A stretch of DNA of 24,364 bases from a virus (taxonomy: Duplodnaviria; Caudoviricetes): IMG/VR virus record IMGVR_UViG_3300048611_000027, positions 1 to 24,364 of that record. One strand, written 5' to 3'. The notes below the pieces were generated by a model. The model was given only the letters and a program-made list of their open reading frames with translations. It did no database searches and was not told the origin of the DNA. Position 1 is the first letter of the stretch. Every line of letters begins with the position of its first letter. The position numbers and the translations under genes were made by a program. Below are positions 8,699 to 17,246 of the stretch, one piece after another.

Positions 8699-9581
8699 CT
8701 GGAATAATCAGTTGGATATTTTTGACGAGGATTTTGAGGAGTTGTTCGCCCCTGGAGGTGGTGAGGAAGAAGAACAGCCTGCTGATCCACCTGCTGATCC
8801 TCCGGCTGATTCCACTACGCCCCCTGAGCCACCTAAGCCTGCTGCAGGGGAGGCTGGGGCTACTGTTCCTGCAGATTCAACAGCCCCTGCAACTGTTCCA
8901 GTTGAGCCTGTAGTAGATCCGGCCACTCCTCCTGCTGCTACTCCTGAGGATTCACTAACAACTCTTCGTAACCAACTCGAAGAGCTTTCGACTAAACTAG
9001 CTCAAGCTCAAGCAGTATCTTCCGTTAAGCCTACTGGAGCGGTGACTCCACCTACGCCTCAGGCTGGGAAAGGTACTCGGGAAGTACAGGATTTTCTTGG
9101 TGATCTTGATATTGACGAAGTTGTTTCAAAACCTGAACTGTTTAACCAGGTTTTGAACAGTGCCGTATCCGCTGCAATTGGACCGATGATGGAGCAGCTT
9201 CATGCGTTAGTGACTGCCCTCCCTACATTGGTCCAACCTGCAATTCGGCAGACTATCTCAATGGAGAAATCCATAGATCAGTTTTACCAGGCACATCCTG
9301 TGCTGGCTAATTTTAAACAGGTCGTTGGGCTGGTAGCTAACGAACTGCAAACGGCCAATCCCCAAGCAGCGCTTGATTCTATCCTTCCGCAAATCGCGGA
9401 TATGGCGTATACGAAGTTGAACTTGCCTGGGCCCGGTCCGGTAGGCTCAGTGAATACGCCAGTAACGCCTGCAGTAACGGCTCAAGCTACTGCATTGCCT
9501 CGTACTGCCTCTTCACGTAACGCTCCTGCTACGGGGAAGACGTCAAAAATTGAACAGGAAATTAACGATCTATTTTCTTAA
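8658..9581 (+). CDS. Capsid scaffolding protein
   Basis: GGAGG RBS. Acidic Pro/Ala-rich N-terminus (PADPPADPPAD), coiled coil, helical domain, C-terminal IEQEINDLFS; upstream of the capsid gene. Confidence 0.7.
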   Translation: MIRTGMWRKLKKVNWNNQLDIFDEDFEELFAPGGGEEEEQPADPPADPPADSTTPPEPPKPAAGEAGATVPADSTAPATVPVEPVVDPATPPAATPEDSLTTLRNQLEELSTKLAQAQAVSSVKPTGAVTPPTPQAGKGTREVQDFLGDLDIDEVVSKPELFNQVLNSAVSAAIGPMMEQLHALVTALPTLVQPAIRQTISMEKSIDQFYQAHPVLANFKQVVGLVANELQTANPQAALDSILPQIADMAYTKLNLPGPGPVGSVNTPVTPAVTAQATALPRTASSRNAPATGKTSKIEQEINDLFS

Positions 9582-9593
9582 AGGAGTTCCATC

Positions 9594-9977
9594 ATGGGTG
9601 ATACTTTTGCTAAACAGCTTAACGAGGATGTACTGGGGCATCCACTCTACGACCGCGCTACTGAGCGTCAGAAAGTTCAGCTGATCACTGCCACGGCTAA
9701 CGGCGCGATTAACGACTACGCTGAGCTCGTGCAGCTCAGCAGCACTACTCCGTTGATTGCTGCGACTATCGCCAAACCCCGTCCTGGCCGGTTTCTGGTA
9801 ATTACGCAGGTTGATGGTGGTACTGCCGGCCATACTGTTACGTTGGCTGCCGGGACTTTCGACGGCACCAATGACGTGGCCACGTTTAACGCAGCTGGTG
9901 AATCTTTGATTCTCTACGGTGTTTCCGACACTCGTTTTCTGATCGTTGAAAACCTTGGTGCTGTCGCGTTCAGCTAA
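9594..9977 (+). CDS. Probable head decoration/capsid-associated protein
   Basis: Strong AAAGGAG RBS; 127 aa beta-rich Thr/Gly/Ala protein next to the capsid gene. Confidence 0.5.
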   Translation: MGDTFAKQLNEDVLGHPLYDRATERQKVQLITATANGAINDYAELVQLSSTTPLIAATIAKPRPGRFLVITQVDGGTAGHTVTLAAGTFDGTNDVATFNAAGESLILYGVSDTRFLIVENLGAVAFS

Positions 9978-10011
9978 TCGCTAACCGACTCTTTTTGAAA
10001 GGATAATCAAA

Positions 10012-11316
10012 ATGGCTCTTCTTGGTGTTCGTGGTTCCAATGATTTCGCAGCTGACCAGCGTCCGAAGAACTGGCGTAATCAGCTTCTGCGTGTTTACCC
10101 TGATGGCGAAATGCCGTTGACTGGTTTGACTTCGCTGATGAAGTCTGAAGCTGTCGATGATCCGGAGTTTTACTGGTGGACTAAAGCACTCCCGGTTCAG
10201 GGTGGCGCGCTTACGGCTACTTACACGGATTCGCTGCTTTCTTCGGCCTATACTTCCGGCGGCGTTGCAGGCGCCGTGCTGTATTGTAAAGTTCCGCTGG
10301 CTACTGCCGAACATTTTCGTTCCGGCCATCAGGTCCTGCTGCGTGACGAATCCGACCTTACCGTCGACTGCGTCGGTAAATGTATCGATGTTTTGAAAAA
10401 CGGTGCTACTTCCGTTATCACTGTTCGGCTGCTTGAAGCTGATGATAATTCCTCTGCGGGTGACATTTCCGACGCTGATCGGATTCTTGTCATCGGCAGT
10501 ATCAACGCTGAAATGGGCGCCATGCCGTCGGCCATTGCGTACGATCCGACGAAGTTCTACAACCTGACCCAGATCTTCCGGACTTCGCTGGAAATTTCTC
10601 GTACTGCCCGGAGAACGAATCTGCGCACCGGCGATGCCTACAAAGAAGCCAAGCGGGAAGCGCTGGAACTCCACGGCATTGAGATGGAAAAAAGCTTTCT
10701 GTGGGGGATCAAGACCGAAAACGTCGGCGACAATGGGAAGCCTGAACGTACTACCCTGGGACTGATCAACTTTATCCGTCAGAACACTGCGGCAGGCGCG
10801 ATTGTCACTGATTTCGCGGCTGAGACTAATGCGTTGTTCACTGACAAGTACTTCGTCGACGCTGGTGAGGAATGGCTTGATTACTACCTCGAGCAGATCT
10901 TCCGTCACGGTGGGGGTGATCGTGACGCTTTCTGCGGTTCGGGTGTTATTCTGGCGTTGAATAAGATCGCCAAAGCCAAGGGCAACTATCAGATCGACGA
11001 CACCACCACTACCTTCGGCATGGCCGTGACCAAGTTCAAAACTCCGTTCGGCCATATCAACTTCAAACGTCACCCGTTGTTCTCGTTTGAAGCGACTGAC
11101 CGCAATACCTTGGTTATCTTCGACGGATCGGATCTCCGGTATCGCTACATTACTGACACCACGTTCTACGGTGAAGGTGAGAAACAAAACACCGGCAAGA
11201 CTCGCTACGACGGCACCTCCGAAGAATGGCTGACTGAAGCCGGCCTCGAGCTTCATCATCCGCAGAAATGTGCGTTGATGACTGGTTTCGGCGCTACCAA
11301 CGGATCGCCTGCGTAA
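10012..11316 (+). CDS. Major capsid protein (HK97 fold; resembles SU10-MCP/DUF5309 type)
   Basis: 434 aa. DPEFYWW, YNLTQIFRTSLEISRTA, EMEKSFLWG, FKTPFG and WLTEAGLE motifs; strongly biased codons; follows the scaffold. Confidence 0.85.
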   Translation: MALLGVRGSNDFAADQRPKNWRNQLLRVYPDGEMPLTGLTSLMKSEAVDDPEFYWWTKALPVQGGALTATYTDSLLSSAYTSGGVAGAVLYCKVPLATAEHFRSGHQVLLRDESDLTVDCVGKCIDVLKNGATSVITVRLLEADDNSSAGDISDADRILVIGSINAEMGAMPSAIAYDPTKFYNLTQIFRTSLEISRTARRTNLRTGDAYKEAKREALELHGIEMEKSFLWGIKTENVGDNGKPERTTLGLINFIRQNTAAGAIVTDFAAETNALFTDKYFVDAGEEWLDYYLEQIFRHGGGDRDAFCGSGVILALNKIAKAKGNYQIDDTTTTFGMAVTKFKTPFGHINFKRHPLFSFEATDRNTLVIFDGSDLRYRYITDTTFYGEGEKQNTGKTRYDGTSEEWLTEAGLELHHPQKCALMTGFGATNGSPA

Positions 11317-11347
11317 TAAGTAACGTAATCGGAACTGCTTTATTCTC

Positions 11348-11378
11348 AGGGGAGTTGGGAGTTATTCTCAACTCCCCT
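11348..11378 (+). terminator. GC-rich hairpin after the capsid gene (weak terminator or mRNA-stability stem)
   Basis: AGGGGAGTTG(11348-57)/CAACTCCCCT(11369-78) perfect 10-bp stem, extendable by 4 pairs including G-U; no U-tract. Confidence 0.55.
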
Positions 11379-11400
11379 ATGTAACAAATTGTTCCATAGG
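11376..11400. repeat. Palindromic element copy 4 (CCTATGTAACAAATTGTTCCATAGG)
   Basis: Fused to the post-capsid hairpin; its final AGG begins the AGGAG RBS of the gene at 11408. Confidence 0.95.
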
Positions 11401-11407
11401 AGCTTTT

Positions 11408-12106
11408 ATGAACCTGTTTGAAATCCGTAACTTATTTGTCGAACGTTCTGGTAGATATGATTTGCAGAACGAAGACATGACTGACAACGGCGCAGATTTC
11501 TTCATTCAAGCAGGCGTAAGGTTCCTGGATAAAGGGGTGCAGCACTTGAAGTCTAGTGCTACTTGTTTCGGAACAGTCTCAGCACAGGCGTTTAAGTTTC
11601 TCTTTACACGCTGTCGAGCTGTTAAAGAAGTTTGGGTGTCGGATGCGGTTGCGAGAACTAAGTTACAGTTTCTCACTGCCCCTGAGTTTTACTCAGCTTT
11701 CGCTGGTTTAGCAAACTCAGTTGACGTAACGCGTCCTGCTTATTATACGTTGATAAATCTTCGTGCTACAGAGCTTACGGCTTTCAACTCTCTTGGCCAG
11801 TTTATTCAACATGTGCAAGTGGATGATGCAACTTACAACGGTATCGTTTTCAATCCTTCTGACGCTAATTACGTAATCGAAATTGTAGGTCTGTTTGAAT
11901 CTACGTTTCTTACGCTTTCAACGGATACTAATTTTTGGACGATTAACTATCCTGATCTACTTTTAATGGCAGCTCTTTATAAGCTCGAAATTTTCAACCG
12001 CAATACAACCGGAGCTAACGATTGGCTTAGCGGAATTAATCAAGAACTTTCTGCTTTGGAAATGGATATGATCGAGCAGGAAGTATTAGGGGAGGACCTC
12101 AGATGA
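11408..12106 (+). CDS. Probable head-to-tail adaptor (P22 gp4/T7 gp11 position)
   Basis: 232 aa after the capsid gene; N-terminal helices and TNFWTINYPDLLLMAALY motif typical of adaptors. Confidence 0.6.
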   Translation: MNLFEIRNLFVERSGRYDLQNEDMTDNGADFFIQAGVRFLDKGVQHLKSSATCFGTVSAQAFKFLFTRCRAVKEVWVSDAVARTKLQFLTAPEFYSAFAGLANSVDVTRPAYYTLINLRATELTAFNSLGQFIQHVQVDDATYNGIVFNPSDANYVIEIVGLFESTFLTLSTDTNFWTINYPDLLLMAALYKLEIFNRNTTGANDWLSGINQELSALEMDMIEQEVLGEDLR

Positions 12107-12495
12107 CACTGAATATAGCTAGCTTAATTCAACGTGCCGCTAACGGCGATGTTACGGTTCTGAAAGACTTGGAAGATCACTTTACGCAGAAAGCTGTGGA
12201 AGCTGTTCTTCGTGTTCTTCCAAATGTCCTTAAGCAGCTGATGGAACACGGCGCCCATGCGCAGCAACAGCTTGATAGTTTCTACGAGAAAAACGCTGAC
12301 ATGCGAGGACAGAAGCAGCAACTTGCGCGTATCACGCAATTGGTTGAGACCGAGCATCCTGAGTATTCAATGGAGCAGGTGCTTACGGAAGCTTCACGTA
12401 GGCTACGTAACGGTCATACTATCTCGCGCCAAACCAACGCAGGGCCGAAGCCAGGGCGTAAGGAACTTGATGGTAGGTTTAACGGAGTATTCTAA
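12103..12495 (+). CDS. Hypothetical protein resembling the scaffold helical domain
   Basis: GGAGG RBS, ATGA overlap; gapless manual alignment to the scaffold (see findings). Confidence 0.65.
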   Translation: MTLNIASLIQRAANGDVTVLKDLEDHFTQKAVEAVLRVLPNVLKQLMEHGAHAQQQLDSFYEKNADMRGQKQQLARITQLVETEHPEYSMEQVLTEASRRLRNGHTISRQTNAGPKPGRKELDGRFNGVF

Positions 12496-12497
12496 TA

Positions 12498-14453
12498 ATG
12501 CAAGAATACACTTTTAAGATAAAAAATTTCAACGGCTTACGGAAGTCGTTATACACTTCTAGTGGGGCTGAAACACTAGCAGTAGCTTCTAATCTTTTAG
12601 GCGAAGCCGGGAAGTTGGTAACGCCTTCTAAGTTAACTGCTATAGATGTTTCTGCGTTGAATTGTGCCTGGCCCTTTCCACAGTTTTTCCTTTGGCGTAA
12701 CTGGATTTTAGTTTTAACTATTAACGCTATTTATCGCTATGATGATGGCGTGTTTGACTTGCTTCTGGCTGACCTTCCGGAAGGTGGGAGGTGGTCAGGG
12801 ATTACTAACGGAGAGTATGCTTACTTTACTAATGAGAGTTGTAAGGTAGTATATGATCCTGAAGAACATATTTTTAAACTTTCTGAAAATGCTTACATCG
12901 TGACAGGAATTTCGGCCGAGCTTTTTAACGGTCAGTTTATTCTTGCTGGTGTTTCTCTGGATCATCTAGCGCAAACAGAAGCTAGGATTCGTCATGCTTC
13001 TGCGCATTATCATAACTTCACCGGTGATGGGACTATTGTTATTGAGCCTACGCCGGTGCAAGATGACGAAGAAGGACTTACAATCGGCGACGTGCAGAAC
13101 ATGGCTACGTCGATTTATAACGGATTTGAATCAACTGATTTTGATCTCTGGATTCAGCAAACAGGGTGTGATGTAACAGCTTCTGCAGATTCTTACACAG
13201 GTGCAGTTGCCGGATTGTTTACTTCAGTGGTAACTGATTTACTTTCCACTGGTATTACTGGAACTGTTTATCTTCCTATTCCCGCTTCAGCATTTTCAAT
13301 TTTTCGTGGGAATCGTGTTCGCATTCAGTTCATGGCTAAACAGCCTACAGTTGCTCCTGCCACTGAAGTCGCTGTTTCGCTTGGGTGGATTACAGCTCAA
13401 GATGATGGCAGTAGCGGCTGGCATAATTTTAATCCGACGACGTCGTACGCGCTTTATGGCTTTACTGTCGACGTTCCTGCCAACGTTACAGGAATGTTTA
13501 TAGGTATTCACGGAGACACTTCCGGTAGCGGCCTAGGCACTCTCATCGACAGCGTTTCAGGTTTTCTTATTCCTGAACGTATTGACGTTGACAACGTCGA
13601 CTTGTGGGTTGGGACAGGTGTTTTTGGGGATGCTCATATTGCGAATCTGTCAGCTAACAAACTACTTGCAGATTCAGCAATTTTGAATCGTTTGTTTCTT
13701 GGTAACGAAGGGAACATAGAACTCGACGGAACGCAGGATTGTATCTCGATTTACGACAAGCAAACTCCTCGACAGTTGCGTGTGCGATTAGGTAGGTTAA
13801 ATGCAGGGGACACTGCAATAGGCATTGAAATTTATGATCCTGCCGGGAATGTTATTTTAGGTAGTGGGGGGATAGATTTAGATGCACTAGGTCTTGGGGC
13901 GTTGGCGGGTTTAGATTCGATTAATAATGCTACTTATATTGAAAACGCTATTATCGGCACGTTACACATAGCAGGAAATTCGGTCGGGATAGTTGCAGGC
14001 GCTTCTAATGCAGCTGATTATACGTTATCGAATAACTTTAACTGGATCACTTATAACTGTCAAGTGTCTATTACGGTTAATGCAATTGACCTAGTTCATG
14101 GGCCTCTAACTTTTATGGTACTATGCGGTGCGCACTGTTACGCTAATGGACAGATGGCTCAATATGCGCACTATGTTGATCTACGCGTATTACGAAATGG
14201 GGTTTATGCTGTAAATGATACACGTATATTTGCAACACAATCAATGGCGACATCCGGTGCGTTAGGTCAAACCGTATATGCGCAAATAGGTCAACCTAAG
14301 ATGACGTCTACAGGTCAAGCTGTTACTATAACTACGCCCGGCACGCATACTTTTCAGCTTCAGTTAAGGCATTCAATGAGTCAAGTTCAGGGAAGTCCTA
14401 ATCGCCTGTTTACCTACCATCAATACATAATGGTGCAAGGAGTGAAGCGATGA
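12498..14453 (+). CDS. Tail protein: nozzle-like beta-propeller N-terminus, CBM-like domain, fibre-like C-terminus
   Basis: N-terminal beta-rich region (WPFPQFF, FNGQFILAG); CBM-like sandwich ending IDSVS; fibre-type AHIANLSANKL and IENAIIGTLHIAGNSV; C-terminal PGTHTFQLQ domain. Confidence 0.6.
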   Translation: MQEYTFKIKNFNGLRKSLYTSSGAETLAVASNLLGEAGKLVTPSKLTAIDVSALNCAWPFPQFFLWRNWILVLTINAIYRYDDGVFDLLLADLPEGGRWSGITNGEYAYFTNESCKVVYDPEEHIFKLSENAYIVTGISAELFNGQFILAGVSLDHLAQTEARIRHASAHYHNFTGDGTIVIEPTPVQDDEEGLTIGDVQNMATSIYNGFESTDFDLWIQQTGCDVTASADSYTGAVAGLFTSVVTDLLSTGITGTVYLPIPASAFSIFRGNRVRIQFMAKQPTVAPATEVAVSLGWITAQDDGSSGWHNFNPTTSYALYGFTVDVPANVTGMFIGIHGDTSGSGLGTLIDSVSGFLIPERIDVDNVDLWVGTGVFGDAHIANLSANKLLADSAILNRLFLGNEGNIELDGTQDCISIYDKQTPRQLRVRLGRLNAGDTAIGIEIYDPAGNVILGSGGIDLDALGLGALAGLDSINNATYIENAIIGTLHIAGNSVGIVAGASNAADYTLSNNFNWITYNCQVSITVNAIDLVHGPLTFMVLCGAHCYANGQMAQYAHYVDLRVLRNGVYAVNDTRIFATQSMATSGALGQTVYAQIGQPKMTSTGQAVTITTPGTHTFQLQLRHSMSQVQGSPNRLFTYHQYIMVQGVKR

Positions 14454-14860
14454 ATATTCTAGGTACTGTTTACTCTGTGGAAGGCCGTATTATTCGCCAA
14501 ATAACTGTCCCTGAGGATTCTATAAATATTCAGTGTGATGTGGATGAGTTTCTTTATCTGCACGAACATCTTGACCCTAACACGACTTATCTCCTTAACC
14601 ACGTCAGACAAGCTAGGCCTTGGCAAGAAACTGAAATAAACAAAACTGTTTTTGAAGCTGATGACGAAGATAAAATTATTATTAGCAAGCTGCCGATTCC
14701 GTGTGAAGTCTGGATAAATCACGAAGGTTATTCAGTTGCGGCTGACGATGAAGATGCGGCCCTTGAGTTCACTACTGATGTTCCTGGTACTTATATCATT
14801 TGCGTCAAAGCCTGGCCGTATCTTGATATAACGTTCGAGGTGATAGGAATTGATGTATGA
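14450..14860 (+). CDS. Tail-fibre-associated hypothetical protein
   Basis: ATGA-coupled with AAGGAG RBS; C-terminal FTTDVPGTY..VKAWPY Ig-like strands. Confidence 0.6.
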   Translation: MNILGTVYSVEGRIIRQITVPEDSINIQCDVDEFLYLHEHLDPNTTYLLNHVRQARPWQETEINKTVFEADDEDKIIISKLPIPCEVWINHEGYSVAADDEDAALEFTTDVPGTYIICVKAWPYLDITFEVIGIDV

Positions 14861-15144
14861 AGATTAAAATAAAAGCTACTCCTGCGGAGCGTAAACAACG
14901 CCGGACTAATCGTATTGCAGCTGCTGTGGTCTCAGTTAACCGTGAAGGTACTGCGCTGCTATTTAATGCAGACGAACAAAGCCAAGTTCGCTTAGACCGA
15001 ATTTCTCGCCATATGCGCGGACAAGGTAAAACCGAAGTACGTTGGCGCATGGCTGACGGGACAGATCAGATTGTAACGGTGCTTGAATTAGAAAAAGCTC
15101 TTGCTAAAGCTATTGATCTGCAGGAAGATCTTTGGTTTATTTAG
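14857..15144 (+). CDS. DUF4376-like tail fibre assembly protein
   Basis: FNADEQSQVRL...WRMADGT...VTVLELEKAL pattern; ATGA-coupled. Confidence 0.6.
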   Translation: MKIKIKATPAERKQRRTNRIAAAVVSVNREGTALLFNADEQSQVRLDRISRHMRGQGKTEVRWRMADGTDQIVTVLELEKALAKAIDLQEDLWFI

Positions 15145-15157
15145 TATTCTTTCTTCT

Positions 15158-15182
15158 CCTATGGAACAAATTGTTCCATAGG
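15158..15182. repeat. Palindromic element copy 5, perfect (CCTATGGAACAA-A-TTGTTCCATAGG)
   Basis: Perfect 12-bp inverted arms around one base; intergenic. Confidence 0.97.
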
Positions 15183-15213
15183 TAATTAGTTTCTACTTTT
15201 AAGGAGTCTACTC

Positions 15214-15648
15214 ATGGCCCAGTTATCCAACAAGTTTAAACTTGAAGTACTGAAAAAACAAGTAGATCTTTTAAACGACACGCTTAAAGTATCGCTTGTT
15301 GTTTCAGGTTTTCAGTTCAGCCAAGCTACTCACGGGTTGCTTGCGAACGTTACGGCTAGTTTGCTGGCCGCTCAATACGGCTACTCACCTGCTACGCTTG
15401 TCAACGCGCAAGGTGTACAGGACAACGTGGCTAACGAAGGTTATGTTACTTATAACAACGTAGCCTGGACGGCTACTGGTGGTGATATCGGTCCTTCTCC
15501 AGGTGCAATCATTTGGGATGATACTCACCCTGATGATATTGTAGTAGGCTACATCGCCTTCGGCTCTAACAAGACTGTCTTCGAAGCAGGTATTTTTACT
15601 ATTGCTGATATCAACATAGGTATTGGTCCTGATCCTACTGCCCAATAA
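15214..15648 (+). CDS. Conserved phage virion structural protein
   Basis: AAGGAG RBS; DLLNDTLKV...GY...NVAWTATGGDIGP...GAIIWDDT...VGYIAFG pattern common in phage structural modules. Confidence 0.65.
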   Translation: MAQLSNKFKLEVLKKQVDLLNDTLKVSLVVSGFQFSQATHGLLANVTASLLAAQYGYSPATLVNAQGVQDNVANEGYVTYNNVAWTATGGDIGPSPGAIIWDDTHPDDIVVGYIAFGSNKTVFEAGIFTIADINIGIGPDPTAQ

Positions 15649-15660
15649 GGATTCGTCAAA

Positions 15661-16791
15661 ATGGCTACTGATCATTTAGACATTACAATACCTAAGCAGC
15701 CTATTCGTGGGCGAGGCTTAGCTCGTGGTCTTCAGCCTTGTGAGACTATCTACGCGGCTAAAATACGCGGACAAGTTAGTCTCGCTGGGCATGCTGTTAT
15801 CAGCAATCCTATTCATACTGAGCCTGTTCGCGGAAGTGCCAAACTTACTGGTACATTTGTTCGTCAATACTTGGAACTCAACACCGTCATCTGGGCTGGC
15901 ATCGGCTCGATGAACTGTATTCCGAGTAAGAGCAATATCACAGCTGGGCATGCTGTACTACCTTGGCGCGGCCCTGCTTGGGATGTTCGTAAACTCGGGC
16001 AGAATCTCATTGTCTATGGACAACGTGGGATTTCAAAACTCCATCCCGTAAGCGATCCGTTTCCTGGCTACGGTCAGAACGTTCTCGTGACTCAGGGAAT
16101 TGATAGTCGCTATGCTGTTTGTGGCGATGAGTTAATTCATTATTATGTCGCAGAGGATGGGAATCTGTATTCATTACGTCCTAATGCCTTACCCGAAAAA
16201 CTAGGGTATAGTGAGTTCTTTGCACCTTTCATGGGAAACTTCGTCAGCCTTTATGAACCTTCGTCAGGGCGAGCGTTCTTCTCAAGTGAGGACGTTGGAA
16301 AGACTTTAGTCTATAATCCAGAACTCGGCCTTACGGTACTGGATATTGTCATCACTGATCTTTACGTTGCCAATGACGGAACGTTACAAATCGTTTCGCC
16401 TTCGATTAACAATAACGAACTTCCAATTATCCTACATGAATGCGTAAGTCATGCTACGGATTTTGGTCAGCGTTGTATTAAAACTTTAACGGGACTGGCG
16501 TTTGGAATAGATTTCGAAGCTACCACGCAAGCCTGGGCGATTGTTTATTATCGCTTTGATAAAACACAAGCCTTTACCAAGTTCAAAGAAGTTCGATTAA
16601 ACAAAGAATGTTATGCTCATATAGGCGCGTCTGGTTTAGAGTTCATGATAGGGCTTAAATTCCAACGCTCCTTAACCTTGGAACCCGTCTACCTGGATTA
16701 CATTCACGCACAAGTACAGTTTTCCGACAAACGCTATCGTCGAGGACTGATTGCTTCATCAGGACGAGGAGGCCCAGATGTTGATAGTTAA
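15661..16791 (+). CDS. Probable tail nozzle/DNA-stabilisation protein (P22 gp10/T7 gp12-like), lacking the N-terminal part
   Basis: Propeller-like VIWAGIG, LGQNLIVYG and GIDSRYAV segments plus C-terminal TDFG..IK sandwich; directly before the GNAT-like and ejection genes. Confidence 0.55.
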   Translation: MATDHLDITIPKQPIRGRGLARGLQPCETIYAAKIRGQVSLAGHAVISNPIHTEPVRGSAKLTGTFVRQYLELNTVIWAGIGSMNCIPSKSNITAGHAVLPWRGPAWDVRKLGQNLIVYGQRGISKLHPVSDPFPGYGQNVLVTQGIDSRYAVCGDELIHYYVAEDGNLYSLRPNALPEKLGYSEFFAPFMGNFVSLYEPSSGRAFFSSEDVGKTLVYNPELGLTVLDIVITDLYVANDGTLQIVSPSINNNELPIILHECVSHATDFGQRCIKTLTGLAFGIDFEATTQAWAIVYYRFDKTQAFTKFKEVRLNKECYAHIGASGLEFMIGLKFQRSLTLEPVYLDYIHAQVQFSDKRYRRGLIASSGRGGPDVDS

Positions 16792-17215
16792 ATTACTTCC
16801 TGATCAAATCCCCCCTTACTGGGATATCATTAAACATGGTAGTCAGCAAGTGCTTCCGCCTACTACCGCAGACAACCCTGCCGCAATGAACGGAATATTG
16901 CAGAATCTGTTGACAGGGATTCTCCAGTGTTGGGTCTTGTTTGATACTGACGGACAGCATTTCAAGGCTTTCTTGATCACTGCCATCTCAACAGATCATT
17001 TTTCAAATCAACGCTTTTTGCATCTTTACGTGCTGTATGGTATACGTCCTCTAGACGAAGCCGAATGGCAACAAAGCATTGAAGTTCTCGTGGCCTTTGC
17101 ACAATCGAACAATTGCCAAGTAATCACTGGTTATACTAATAACGATGCTTTATGTGACAAGCTAGCACAGTACGGATTTTCGAAAGAGTTTTCAATGGTT
17201 ACTAAACGTCTGTAA
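16778..17215 (+). CDS. GNAT-fold-like protein (P22 gp14/T7 gp13 position)
   Basis: GAGGAGG RBS; FAQSNNCQVITGYT...LAQYGF resembles the GNAT C-terminus; typical position before ejection genes. Confidence 0.55.
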   Translation: MLIVKLLPDQIPPYWDIIKHGSQQVLPPTTADNPAAMNGILQNLLTGILQCWVLFDTDGQHFKAFLITAISTDHFSNQRFLHLYVLYGIRPLDEAEWQQSIEVLVAFAQSNNCQVITGYTNNDALCDKLAQYGFSKEFSMVTKRL

Positions 17216-17238
17216 CTATGGAACAATTTGTTCCAAAG
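17216..17238. repeat. Palindromic element copy 6 (CTATGGAACAATTTGTTCCAAAG)
   Basis: Directly after the upstream stop; its end forms part of the AAGGAG RBS. Confidence 0.93.
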
Positions 17239-17246
17239 GAGTGGCT

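Noticed and set aside
9970-11259. 429-aa ORF on the - strand
   Set aside because: Antisense shadow of the codon-biased capsid gene; no recognisable motifs.
13900-14453. Diversity-generating retroelement target in the fibre C-terminus
   Set aside because: No template repeat or reverse transcriptase seen in the window.
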